Below are positions 46,509-57,577 of a stretch of DNA of 64,000 nucleotides, piece by piece (the first letter of the stretch is position 1; every line of letters begins with the position of its first letter). The translations under genes were made by a program, and so were the position numbers. This DNA comes from an uncultured Actinomycetes bacterium (GTDB lineage: Bacteria; Actinomycetota; Acidimicrobiia; Acidimicrobiales; JACCXE01). The stretch spans positions 50,766-114,765 of the forward strand of contig CAVYNR010000012.1 of NCBI GenBank assembly GCA_963769985.1, in the 5' to 3' direction. The notes under the pieces were generated by a model. The model was not told the origin of the DNA, did no database searches, and worked only from the letters and a program-made list of their open reading frames with translations.

Positions 46509-47245
46509 GCACCCGCGCTTTGAGGGCACGACCGCGGTCGTAACCGGAGCGGCGTCGGGCATCGGATCGGAGATCACCCGGCTGCTGATGGAAGAAGGCG
46601 CCCGCGTGCTCGGCGCCGACCTCGATCCGACCAACGTGCCCGCGCGGCGCGTCGCCGTTCGAGGCCGACGTGTCGAGCGAGTCCGACGTCAACTCGATGA
46701 TCGCCGCCGCCATCGAGGAGTTCGGCCACATCGACATCCTGTGCAACAACGCCGGCATCGGTTCGGTGCACGACGTGCTCGGTTGCTCGCTCGACGAATG
46801 GGAGCGGCTGTTCAGCGTCAACGTCCGCGGCGTGTTCCTCGGCACCAAGGCGGCGTTGCCGTCGATGCTCGAGCGCGGTCACGGCGTGATCGTGAACACC
46901 GCGTCGGTCGCCGGGATGATGGGACTGCGCGATCGCGCGGCGTACTGCGCGACCAAGGGCGCGGTCATCTCGCTCACGCAACAGGTCGCGGTGCAGTACG
47001 CCGGCACCGGCGTGCGCTGCAACTGCGTGTGCCCGGGCACCGTCGACTCGCCGTGGGTCGGTCGCCTGCTCGACCAGGCCGACGATCCGGCCGTGGCCCG
47101 CGAGCGACTCGTCGCGCGCCAACCTCTCGGTCGTCTCGGTCAGCCGACCGAAGTCGCCAAGGCGATCCTGTACTTGGCGTCGGACGACGCGTCGTTCATG
47201 ACCGGCAGCTCGCTGGTCATCGACGGCGGCATGACCGTCGCTTAG
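46505..47245 (+). CDS. SDR oxidoreductase, putative 2-keto-3-deoxy-L-fuconate dehydrogenase (frameshifted)
   Basis: [44 protein letters not shown]; fuconate context. Confidence 0.8.
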
Positions 47246-47246
47246 G

Positions 47247-48097
47247 TCAGTCGACGACGACTGGGTTGGTGAGCACGCCGATCTCCTTCGATCTCGATCT
47301 CGCACACGTCGCCGTCGAGCAGGAAGATCGGTGGTGTGCGGGCGAAGCCGACGCCCGACGGCGTGCCGGTGGCGATGATGTCGCCGGGTTCGAGCGTCAT
47401 GAACCGCGAGCAGTAGCTGATGAGTTGCGGCGACGCCGAAGATCATGTCGGCGGTGTTGGCGTCCTGCAGCGTCTCGCCGTTGACGCGGCACGTGATGCG
47501 CAAGCGCCTGCGGATCAGGGATCTCGTCGGCGGTGACGATGCACGGGCCGAGCGGGCAGAACGTGTCGAACGACTTGCCCCGCACCCACTGCTTGTCGCC
47601 GAACTGCGCGTCGCGCGCCGACACGTCGTTGCAGCACGTGTAGCCGAAGACGTAGCTGAGCGCGTCGGCCTCGGACACGCGGCGCGCCTGCCGGCCGATG
47701 ACCACGGCGAGTTCGGCCTCGTAGTCGACCTGGGAGGAGTCGGCGACGGCGTAACGGATGGCGTCGCCGGGGCCGCAGATGCTGTTGTTGGTCTTCACGA
47801 AGATGAGCGGGTTGTCGGGGGAGTCACCCCGCCTTCTTTGGCGTGGTCGGCGTAGTTGAGGCCGATGGCCAAGACTTTGGACGGCGCCGTCAGCGGGCTC
47901 AGCAGTTGCACCGCTTCGAGAGGCAAGGAGATGGCGACCGGGTCGTGCGTCGACAGGTCGTCGCCCGCCACGAGCGCGTCACGCAGCGCGTCGGCGCCAA
48001 TACTTTGCGGAGCGGAACGAATAGGGATGACCTCGTCGCCCTCGATGCGAGCGAGCCAGGTCGAGTCGTCCGCCGTGCGGACGCGAGCGATGCGCAT
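47247..48097 (-). CDS. Fumarylacetoacetate hydrolase family protein (frameshifted)
   Basis: [34 protein letters not shown]. Confidence 0.9.
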
Positions 48098-49818
48098 TCA
48101 GGCAGTCTGCTTGCGTGAGACGTCGACATACAGCGCCGAACGACGACCGGTCGGCCCGCCGTCGGCCCACGCCTCCACGATCGTCTCGCCCTTCGGGATG
48201 ACGGCGTCGAACTCGTAACGGGTGCACTGCAGCACCCATGGCTGCACGAGTTCGTAGTCGCCGACCTTCAGGTTGACCGTCGCGTGGATGTCGGGATGCG
48301 ACCAGCTGAACGGGTCGAGCCGCACGTCGACGCGCGCCGCGGTCTCGCGGCGGAACTCGACTTCCCACCACCCGCGGTGGTGCCCATCCATCCGGCGAGC
48401 TCGCCCATGTCGGCGAGGCCGTCGTCGATGCGCCAGTCCTGACGGGTCAGCACGACCGGATCAGCGGCGTCGCGCCGATGACGATGCGGGGCGCGGCGAA
48501 GCTGTCCGGACGGGTCGCGGCCATGTCGTCGAACCAGGCGTCGTAGCCGGCGCGCAGGTCGTGCGACCACGTCGGCGTGATCGGCGGCCACGTCGGTGGT
48601 CTCGACGGGTCGGCGACGAGGTCGTAGAGCTCGTCGGGCTTGGCTGGGTCAGGCCGGTGCAGCTTGACTGCTGGGTGATCACGGCGTAGTTGCGGTAGCG
48701 CTCGGGCGTGTTGCCGCGGTGCCACTGCATGTAGATGTTGCGCTCCGGCCAGGCACCTTCGTCACCGGGAGCAAAGGGACAGGTCGACGCCGTCGAGGCG
48801 CACGTCGTCCGGCAAGCGGCGCGCCGACGCGGCGGCGATCGTCGGCAGGACGTCGATGGGCGACGAGATGCGGTCGACGTCGCTGCCGCCGGCGCACGCC
48901 GCCGGCCACCGCCAGAAGCTCGGCACCTTCACCGCGCCGTCGTACAGCGATCCCTTCTCGCCGCGCAGGCCGGCGTTCCACCGCACCTGCTTGTCGGCCG
49001 GCAGCGTGAAGTCGCGCGCCGACGGGCACGGGCCGTGATCGCTCGTGTACACGACGATCGTGTTGTCGGTCAGACCAGCGCGTCGAGCGCCGCGAGCACG
49101 CGGCCGACGTTCCAGTCGATGTTGGTGACCATCCCGTAGAGGCGAGCGTGAATCTCGCCGAGCGCATCGACTTCCCGATACGGCGCGACCCAGTGCTCCG
49201 GAACTTCCAGCGGCGTGTGCGGCGCGTTGGTGGCGAAGTAGGCGAAGAACGGCTCGCCTCGTGGTGGGCGTCGATGAACGCGATGGCCTCGTCGGCGAAC
49301 ACGTCGGTGCAGTAGCCGCGGGTGCGCTCGGGCACGCCGTCGCGGTGCAGCACCGGGTCGAAGTACGCCTCGCCCTCGCGCCAGTGGTTCTCGCGGTGGT
49401 CGCCGGGCTGGCCGATGCCGCCGGCGTTGTGCATGAGCGTCTCGTCGAAGCCGAGGTCGCAGGCGCGCATCGGGTAGGCGTCGCCGAGGTGCCACTTGCC
49501 GAACGCGCCGGTGCGATAGCCGGCGCGTTGCAACACGTGGCCGAGCGTGACCTCGCCGGGATCGATCATCGAGCGGCCGCAGAACGTGTCGATGGCGCGG
49601 GTGCGCAAGTGGTAGCGGCCCGTCATCAGGCGGCGCGCGCCGGCGTGCACATCGGGCCCGGACGAGTAGCGCGTGAACCGCACGCTCTCGGCGTAAAGCG
49701 CGTCGAGGACCGGCGTCTTGACGTACGGGTTGCCGTGACACGCGAGGTCGCCGTAGCCGAGGTCGTCCATCATGATCACGACGACGTTGGGTCGGTTCGC
49801 CGAAGGCATCGCTGGCAT
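48098..49818 (-). CDS. Arylsulfatase (Cys-type formylglycine; frameshifted)
   Basis: RPNVVVIMMDDLGYGD, reconstructed MCTPAR (CxPxR), GKWHLG, YTSDHG, GEKGSLYDG, ELYDL. Confidence 0.88.
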
Positions 49819-49829
49819 GATGCTCCGCC

Positions 49830-51159
49830 GTGAGTGGCGCCCGCATTACCGGCATGTCGGTGTACGACCTGCGCTTCCCGACGTCGGACCTGCTCGACGG
49901 GTCCGACGCGATGAACCCCGACCCCGACTACTCGGCGGCCTACGTCGTGTTGCGAGACCGACGATCCGGGCGCTGACCGGTCACGGGCATGACATTCACG
50001 ATCGGGCGCGGCACACGAAGTGTGCTGCGCGGCGATCGAGGCGATGCGGCATTACGTGGTCGGCCGCGACCTCGACGAACTCGAGGCCGATACCGGCGCG
50101 TTCTGGCGCTCGATCGCCGGCGACAGCCAGCTGCGCTGGCTCGGCCCCGAGAAGGGCGTCATCCACCTCGCCACCGCCGCGGTGGTCGAACGCGGTGTGG
50201 GATCTGTTCGCGCGCCGCGCCGGCAAGCCGCTGTGGAAGTACCTCGCCGATCTGCCGGCCGAGCAGATCGTCGCCGCCGTCGACTTCCGCCACATCACCG
50301 ACGCGCTCACGCCCGACGAGGCGCTGGCGATGTTGCAGGGCGACCGCAGGCTGGCGTCGCCGACGCGCGAGGCCGCGCTGCGCGCCGACGGGTACCCCGC
50401 TTACATCACGTCGGCCGGCTGGCTCGGTTACCCCGACGACCTGATGCGTTCGAAGACGCGCGAGGCGCTGGCCGACGGGTGGACGGCGTTGAAGATCAAG
50501 GTCGGCCGCGACCGCGACGACGACATGCGTCGCACGCGTATCCTGCGCGAAGAACTCGGCCCCGATCGCCGGCTGCTCATCGACGCCAACCAGGTGTGGG
50601 ACGTCGACGAAGCGATCGACTGGACGCTCGCGCTGGCCGACGCCGACCCGTGGTGGATCGAGGAGCCGACGAGCCCCGACGACATCCTCGGGCACGCCCG
50701 CATCGCGCAAGCCGTGCACCCGATCCGCGTGGCGACCGGCGAGCACTGCCACAACCGCATCATGTTCAAGCAGTTCTTCCAGTCCGGCGGCATGGACATC
50801 GCGCAGATCGACGGCTGCCGCCTTGGCGGGCGTGAACGAGGTGATCGCCGTGCTGCTGCTGGCGGCGAAGTTCGGCGTGCCGGTGTGCCCGCACGCCGGC
50901 GGCATCGGGCTGTGCCAGCACGTGCAGCACTTCTCGATGTTCGACTTCTTGCGCGTGTCGGGCCGCAACGACGACCGCATGATCGAGTACGCCGGGCACC
51001 TGCACGAGCACTTCGTCACCGAGTTGCGCGTCGCAGAGCGGCCGCTACATCGCGCCGACCGACGCGCGGCTTCGGCCTCGAGATGAAAGCCGGAGTCGGT
51101 GCGCGGCGTACGCGTTCCCCGACGGCGTCGTGTGGACCGAGCGCGCCGCGCGTGGCTGA
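49830..51159 (+). CDS. fucD: L-fuconate dehydratase (enolase superfamily; frameshifted)
   Basis: [67 protein letters not shown]. Confidence 0.87.
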
Positions 51160-52214
51160 CCGGCTCCGGGTCGCGCTCGTCGGCGGCCCGATGTACGACT
51201 CGCTGTACGAGCCGTTCCTCGACGACGTCGACGTCGTCGTCCACGCCGACCACCCGACGCTCAACCGCGCGGTCGCCGAGATGCTCGCGGCGGGCGAACG
51301 CATCGACGTGCTGTCGACGCACGGCAAGTACGCGCCGAGCCAGGCGCAGTGGCTGCGCCCGCTCGAACGATCTCGTCGACACGTCGCGCGCTGGCGCCGA
51401 AGGCGGTCGACCTGTGCCGCTTCAACGGCGACGCTGCTGTGCGCGCCGCGCAACATCGACGTGCGCATCCTGTGGTGGCGCACCGACCGCATGGACGCGG
51501 CGCCGGCGACGCTGGGCCGACTTCTGGCCGGGCGACGCGGTGTTCGGGTTCACCGGCCGCGAGTCGGGGCTGTTCGGCCTGTTCTTCGAGCTCGTCGTCG
51601 GCGCACGGCGGCGCGCTGTTCGACGACGACCGGCGGCCGACGATGACCGGCGCCGTCGCCGGAGACGCGCGATCGCGACGCGTTGTGCCAGCTGGCGGCG
51701 CGGGCGCCGGACGACCTGCCCGACTGGCACTACGACCAGGTCGACGCCGCGCTGCTCGACGGTCGGGTCGACTGCGCCGCCGCGTGGCCCGGCGGCTACG
51801 ACGCCATCCGCCGCGTCGGCGCTCTACGAGCACCGCCGGCGCCGCGATGTATCCCGGCGGCGTGTCGTACTCCGGCTGTCACGCGTGGGCGATCCCGACG
51901 ACCTGTGGCGACTGCGACGCGGCCGTCGCGTTCGTGCACCGGCTCTGTGCGTTCGAGACCCACGCAGGGACGCGAGCCGGGCATCCCGGCGCACGGTCGA
52001 CGCGCTCGCCGCGGTCACGCCGCGCGACGCCGTCGACGCCGCTCGGCTCGCGCGTCACGCAGGAGACGATCGCCACCGCGATGATCACTTACCCGCACCT
52101 CGAGCGCTTCGACGAAATCGAGGACGCCGGGCTGGCGGCGCGATCAACGCCGCCCTCCGCGGCGAGCTCGAGCGCCGGAAGCCGCGACGCATGCAGGATC
52201 GACCAGGCGGCTGA
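51152..52214 (+). CDS. Sugar-type solute-binding protein lacking an evident signal peptide (frameshifted)
   Basis: RVALVGGPMYD, DVLSTHGKYAPSQ, PRNIDVRILWWRTD, FTGRESGLFG, GCHAWAIP. Confidence 0.65.
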
Positions 52215-52221
52215 GGCCGTC

Positions 52222-53188
52222 GTGATCCGCGACCTCGAGGTCAGCCGTCTGAGTCTCGGCTGCGCGCCCGTCGGCAACCTCTATCACGCCGTCGACCGCA
52301 CGAGGTCGCCGCAGCGACGCTGCGCGCCGCGCTCGACGCCGGCATCACGCTGTTCGACACCGCGCCGCTCTACGGCGACGGGCTTTCCGAGACGCCGGCT
52401 CGGTCGCGGTGCTGTCGACCGTCGACCGCGCGATCGTTCCGCATCGCCACCAAGGTCGGCCGGCTGCTCGTCCCGAACGAGCCCGGCGCGGCGCACGAAG
52501 CGTCGATCTTCGAGGACACGCCCGACGTGCACCCGGTGTTCGACTTCTCCGCCGACGGCGTGCACCGCTCGCTCGAGGCAGCCTCGAGCGGCTCGGTCTC
52601 GACCGCGTCGACATCGTCCACGTCCACGATCCCGACAACCACATGGACCAGGCGATCAACGAGGCGTATCCCGCGCTGCGGCGCTGGCGCGACGAAGGCG
52701 TCGTCGGCGCGATCGGCGCCGGGCATGAACTTCTCCGCGCCGCTCGCCCGGATCGTCCGCGAGGCCGACGTCGACTGCGTGCTGCTCGCCGGCCAGTACA
52801 CGCTGCTCGACCAGACCGGACTCGACGAGCTGCTGCCCCTGTGCGCCGAGCGACGGCGTGTCGGTGATCGCCGCCGCGGTGTTCAACACCGGCGTGCTCG
52901 CCGACCCGTCCGACGGCGCGACGTTCTTCTACTCGCCGGCGTCGCCGGAGGTCCTCGACCGCGGCGCGCCGCATGCAGTCGGTGTGCGAGCGCCACGGCG
53001 TGTCGCTCGCGGCCGCCGCCATCCAGTTCGCCCTCGGCCACCCCGCGGTCGAAACCGTCCTCGTCGGCATGCGGTCCCCCGAAGAAGTCGCCGCCAACAC
53101 CGCCGCGTTCAACACCCCCATCCCCCCCGACGTCTGGACCGAACTCAAGTCGGAAGGCCTGTTGGAGGACCACGTCCCAACTCCCTAG
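52222..53188 (+). CDS. Aldo/keto reductase, L-fucose (D-threo-aldose) dehydrogenase-like (frameshifted)
   Basis: LGCAPVGNLY, FDTAPLYG, TKVGRLL, FDFSADG, VHDPD, LLAGQYTLLDQ. Confidence 0.82.
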
Positions 53189-53248
53189 CTGCCCCTCTTG
53201 CGTCGTTGAGCGTCGAAGACCGCCGCTAAACGACGCAGGAACGTCGGG

Positions 53249-54053
53249 TTAGGTGAAGGTGGCCGGGCTGACGAAGGTGGGGACGGCGCCGAAGTTGGCG
53301 CGGCGGGCGGCGCGGCGCAGCGTCACTAGAAGTGCGGGGCCGACGAGGATGATGGCTACGACATTGGTGATGGCGCGCCCGGTGTCCCAGCCGATGGCCG
53401 ACGTGGTGAAGGTGAAGACCACGAACCGGTGGAGGTTCGACAGGACGGCGGCGCCGGGCACGAAGCTGAGTTCGCTGGCGCTGCCGGTGGCAAAGGGCCA
53501 GAACCACAGATTGAGCAGAAAGCCGAACGCGTACGCAGCCACCACGCCGTAAGCCGACAGCAACGCGATCTCGGCCCGGCCCTTCACCGACGGCAACAGG
53601 CCGGCGCCGAGGCCGACCCATGACGCAGCCAGCATCTGGAACGGGAGCCATGGTCCGACGCCGCCGGTGAGTAGGGCGGACGCGAACATCGCGGTGGATC
53701 CGAGCACGAACCCGAAGCCGGCGCCGTACACGCGCCCGGCGACGATGAGTAGGAACAGCATCGTCTCGATGCCCGCGGTGCCGGCGCCGATCGGGCGAAG
53801 CGCGGCGCCGAGCGCGGAGAGCACGCCCAGCATCGCGAGGGCTTTGGTGTCGATGCGTCCGGCGGTCATCTCGGCCAGCACCACGCCGATGAGGCACGGG
53901 AGCAACAAGACGAAGATGAGCGGTGCATCCTGACTGTGGGCCGGGCCGACTGGCGCGTGCACCACCAGCGGCCACGCGAACATGGCGAGGCCCGCGATCG
54001 ATACGAGCGCCGAGCGCGACGCGGGCGCGCACGCCGACGGCGAGTGCGTTCAC
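53249..54053 (-). CDS. ECF transporter S component (cobalamin-regulated)
   Basis: LAMLGVLSALGAALR, GFGFVLG, GPWLPFQM, WDTGRA; highly hydrophobic. Confidence 0.85.
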
Positions 54054-55667
54054 CGTTCGATGCCCAACGCGTCGGCCACCTCGGCCACGGTCAACCACGG
54101 CGACGGGAACAGGATCTTGGCCACCTGCGGCGCGAACGCCGTCGACGAACACACGATGTCGGCCGCCGGTCCGTCGGCCACGATCTCGCCTTCGGCCATC
54201 ACCACGACGCGGTCGGCTGCTTCGGCCACAAACTCGACGTCGTGCGTCGCGATCACGACGGCGCGTCCTTCGCCCGCCAGCGAGCGAACGATCTCGGTGA
54301 AGCGCTCCTTGGCCGCGGGGTCAAGCCCGCGGGTTGGCTCGTCGAGCAGCATCACCGCGGGCGCCGCCGCCAGCTGGATGGCGAGCACGAGACCGAGGCG
54401 TTGCCCTTCTGACAGATCGCGCGGTGCATCGCCGGATCGAGGTCGCCGACCAAGCGGGTGAGCAGCGCGGCAGTGCTGCCACGGTCGACTGTCAGCGTCG
54501 CGGTCGCCTTGCGCACACTCGTCGGCGACCGACGTGAGGTAGAGGAGATCGCCGGGCGAGTGCGGCACCAGACCGACCATCCGGCGGGCCTCGGCTGGCG
54601 ACAAGTCCGACGGGTCGTGTCCGCTCACGTCGACCGAACCGGCGGCGCGCGGCCCCGAGCCCTGTACCGCCCACAGCAGCGACGACTTGCCCGAGCCGTT
54701 GCGTCCCATAAGCGCGACGACCTCACCGATCCGCAGGTCAATGTCCACGCCCCGCACCGCGAACACACCCGGGTATTGCACGACGACGCCACGCGCCGAT
54801 AGACCAACCGGCGCCGTCGCGTCGATGAACCGGCCGCGCGTCGGCTCGGGCCGCGCCGCGAGTTCGCTGCGCAACGGTTCGGCGAAGCGGCGGGCGTCGC
54901 GCACCGATAGCGGTACCGGCTCCCAGCCACACAGGTGGCCGAGTGCGACAACCGGCGGAGCAAGTGCCGACGACGCGAATACGTCGCGGGGTGAGCCGAT
55001 GACAGCGCCGCCGTCGCCGTCGAGGCGAATGCACGCGGTCGGCGTGATGCACCACCCGTTCGAGCCGGTGCTCGGCGAGCACCACCGTGATGCCGATGTC
55101 GTGCACGAGCCGCGCCACCGCGGCCAACACGTCTTCGGCCGCGGTCGGATCGAGCGCGGAGGTGGGCTCGTCGAGAACGAGGACGCGTGGTTGCGACGTC
55201 AGCACCGATCCGATAGCCACGCGTTGCTGCTGACCCGCCGACAGCGTCGCCAAGGACCGGCCCCGCAACTCGGCGATCCCGAGCAGGTCGAGCGTTTCTT
55301 CCACCCGCTTGCGCATGGTCGACGGCGACACGCCGAGTTGCTCCATCACGTACGCCAGCTCGTCCTCGACCGTGTCGGTGACGAATGCACCACCGGGGTC
55401 CTGACCCACGTAGCCCACGGTGTCGGCTAAGTCCCGCGGCTTGAGTAGCCGCGTTTTGCGGTTGTCGACCACGACATCGCCGGCGAACTCGCCACCGGTG
55501 AAGTGCGGCACGAGGCCGTTGATGGCGCCGAGCAACGTCGACTTGCCCACGCCGGTGGCGCCGACGACCACGACCAACTCACCCTCGGCCACGTCGAAGG
55601 TGAGGTCGCGCAACACCGGGCGCGACGCACCCGGGTGCGTGAACGAGACCGACTCGAACCGAATCAC
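54050..55667 (-). CDS. ECF transporter duplicated ATPase (frameshifted)
   Basis: GATGVGKS, LSAGQQQR, LDEPT and GRNGSGKS, LSEGQR, LDEPTRGLD. Confidence 0.9.
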
Positions 55668-56725
55668 GCGCGCACCGGGGTAAGGAACGCGGGCAGCGCG
55701 GCCACCAGCACGACGAGCGCGGCCAGCGCGGGCAATGCGGGCCAGTGCAACGGTTGGGTCGACGGGTTGAGGGTGCTCGCCTCGACCTGCGCCGACACGA
55801 ATAGTCCGATGGCCACGACCACCCCCGAGGCGGCCACCAACCACTCCGGTTGCCGCCACGGATCGGGGCGGTAGACGGTCGTCTTCACGCGCCGGCCTCC
55901 GAACGCGACACCAAGCCCGCTCAACCCGACGCCCAACACCATCGCCGGTGCGCCTAGCCAACGCGAGACGGAACCGTCGAGCAAGCCGTACGTGCCGACG
56001 CACACGCCGCACAATCCAATGAGCACAAGCGCACCGCTCAGCCGCCGCGCCCGGTCAGGCAGGTCGGTCGTACGACCGTGGCCGCGGGTGTCCATCGCGG
56101 CCGCGAGCAGCAGCGAGCGGTCGAGCGCGTCGGTCAACACCGGAATGAGGACCTGTCGAATGAGGTGCACGCCTTTGCCCGATCCGCTGCGCAACCGGCG
56201 GGCGCGGCGAACGCGGCGAGCGCTGTCGATGAGTTGCGGCGCCACCGTCACGGCCACGGTCACGGCGACGCCGACCTCGTGCAACGCGGCAGGCGCGGCC
56301 TTGATCAACCGTTTGGGATTGGCGAGCACGTTGGCGGCGCCCAAGCAGACGAGCAGCGTGGCCAACCGCAACCCGTCGTACACGGCGCCGAGCAGTCCTT
56401 CCAGCGACACGGCGCCACCGAGGCGAATGCCGGATGACGCGGGCAGCGGAATCTCTGGCAACCGGAACAAGACGTGTTCGCCGGTGTTGGCGTCGAGCAG
56501 CATGCGGAAGCCGACGCGAATCGCGATCACCACCAGCGCGATTATCAGGTAGCCCCGCAACGCCTCGCGGATTCGATCGGCGTTGCCCCGCGCGCTGGTG
56601 ACCGTGAACACGACGACCAACACCAGTGCGAGCAGCAGCGGGTTGGTGGTGCGGCTCACCGCGACGGCCAAGCCCAAGGCCCACAACCACCAAGCCCCGG
56701 GGTGTAGTTCACGGGGCAGGTTCAC
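55664..56725 (-). CDS. ECF transporter T component (CbiQ-like)
   Basis: LHPGAWWLWAL..TTNP.LL, ARRLR and AMDTRG conserved Arg motifs. Confidence 0.88.
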   Translation of the reverse strand: MNLPRELHPGAWWLWALGLAVAVSRTTNPLLLALVLVVVFTVTSARGNADRIREALRGYLIIALVVIAIRVGFRMLLDANTGEHVLFRLPEIPLPASSGIRLGGAVSLEGLLGAVYDGLRLATLLVCLGAANVLANPKRLIKAAPAALHEVGVAVTVAVTVAPQLIDSARRVRRARRLRSGSGKGVHLIRQVLIPVLTDALDRSLLLAAAMDTRGHGRTTDLPDRARRLSGALVLIGLCGVCVGTYGLLDGSVSRWLGAPAMVLGVGLSGLGVAFGGRRVKTTVYRPDPWRQPEWLVAASGVVVAIGLFVSAQVEASTLNPSTQPLHWPALPALAALVVLVAALPAFLTPVRA

Positions 56726-57571
56726 GCGCGCGCGCCGCCGCGTCATCGCCATCGCCACGCCAGCAGCGCCGACGAGCACGACCGCGCCGACGCCGAGCAC
56801 GAACGCGAGCGGCGAGCCGTCGTCAGATTGATCCACACTGAGATCGACGTTGCCGAGCGGGATCGACGTCGAAGACGCGACGGTGAACACCGCGTCCACC
56901 AGCGTGGTCGCAGTGGTCGTTGTCGTGCTTGCGGCCGGCGCGGTCGACGACGTGGACCGTGACGCGCGCGTGGTGACAGCCGGAGTCGGCGTTGGCGACG
57001 TTGCTCCTGGCGCGGGCGCCGGCGTTGCCGCGGTGGTCGGCGTCGCCGATGGAATCGGCTTTGGCACGGGATAGCGCGGCGGCGGCAGCTGCCCGGCTGT
57101 GCGGTTCTTGGCGAACGACCAACCCTCGATCGAGCCGGGCGGCGGCGTGCGGGTTGCCGCGCCCTCATCGCTGTAGGTCCATTGGCCGCCGCGTTCCGCG
57201 TACCAGTAGACCCAATAGGCACTGGCCGGTGGGTAGCGATTGCACGGCTCGTCGTCGGCGGTCGGAAGGCCCGCGATCCGACAGACAAACGCGCCGCCGC
57301 CCTGGGGCGGAACCGCGATCGTGTAGCTGATGTTCGCGCGCTTGAGCGCGTCTAGTCCGCTGTCGACCGGCTGCGGCGCGCAGCGCACGTTGACGTCGTC
57401 GTTGTTGCCGTCGATCAATTCCTGGAAGTCGACCACGACGGTGATGTCCTGGTTGTTACCGCACTCCTCATTCGCCGAGTCAGCGCGCGCCGCGGTGTGC
57501 ACCACAAGCAGGCTCATGGTCGCGGCGGCACCAGCTAGTCCAACGGCCCGTAACCGGCGACAAGCGGACAC
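56722..57571 (-). CDS. Secreted, membrane-anchored protein with a DUF4430/SCO2322-like beta domain
   Basis: Signal peptide; VVVDF, CA, FVCRIAG.P, YWVYW, WTYSDEGA, GSIEGWSF; Thr/Pro linker, C-terminal TM and RRR. Confidence 0.72.
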
Positions 57572-57577
57572 GGCGCG

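Noticed and set aside
42001-53188. Pseudogenised metabolic island
   Set aside because: Motifs are intact and the lesions are scattered 1-nt indels consistent with sequencing error.
56850-57060. Low-complexity repeat-like stretch
   Set aside because: It encodes a Thr/Pro/Ala linker of the surface protein and is not a DNA repeat element.
55664-57571. Apparent 635-aa fusion of a secreted protein with EcfT
   Set aside because: A GTGA start/stop overlap at 56722-56725 follows a TM-RRR tail within a CG dinucleotide run. Two genes joined by an indel is more likely.
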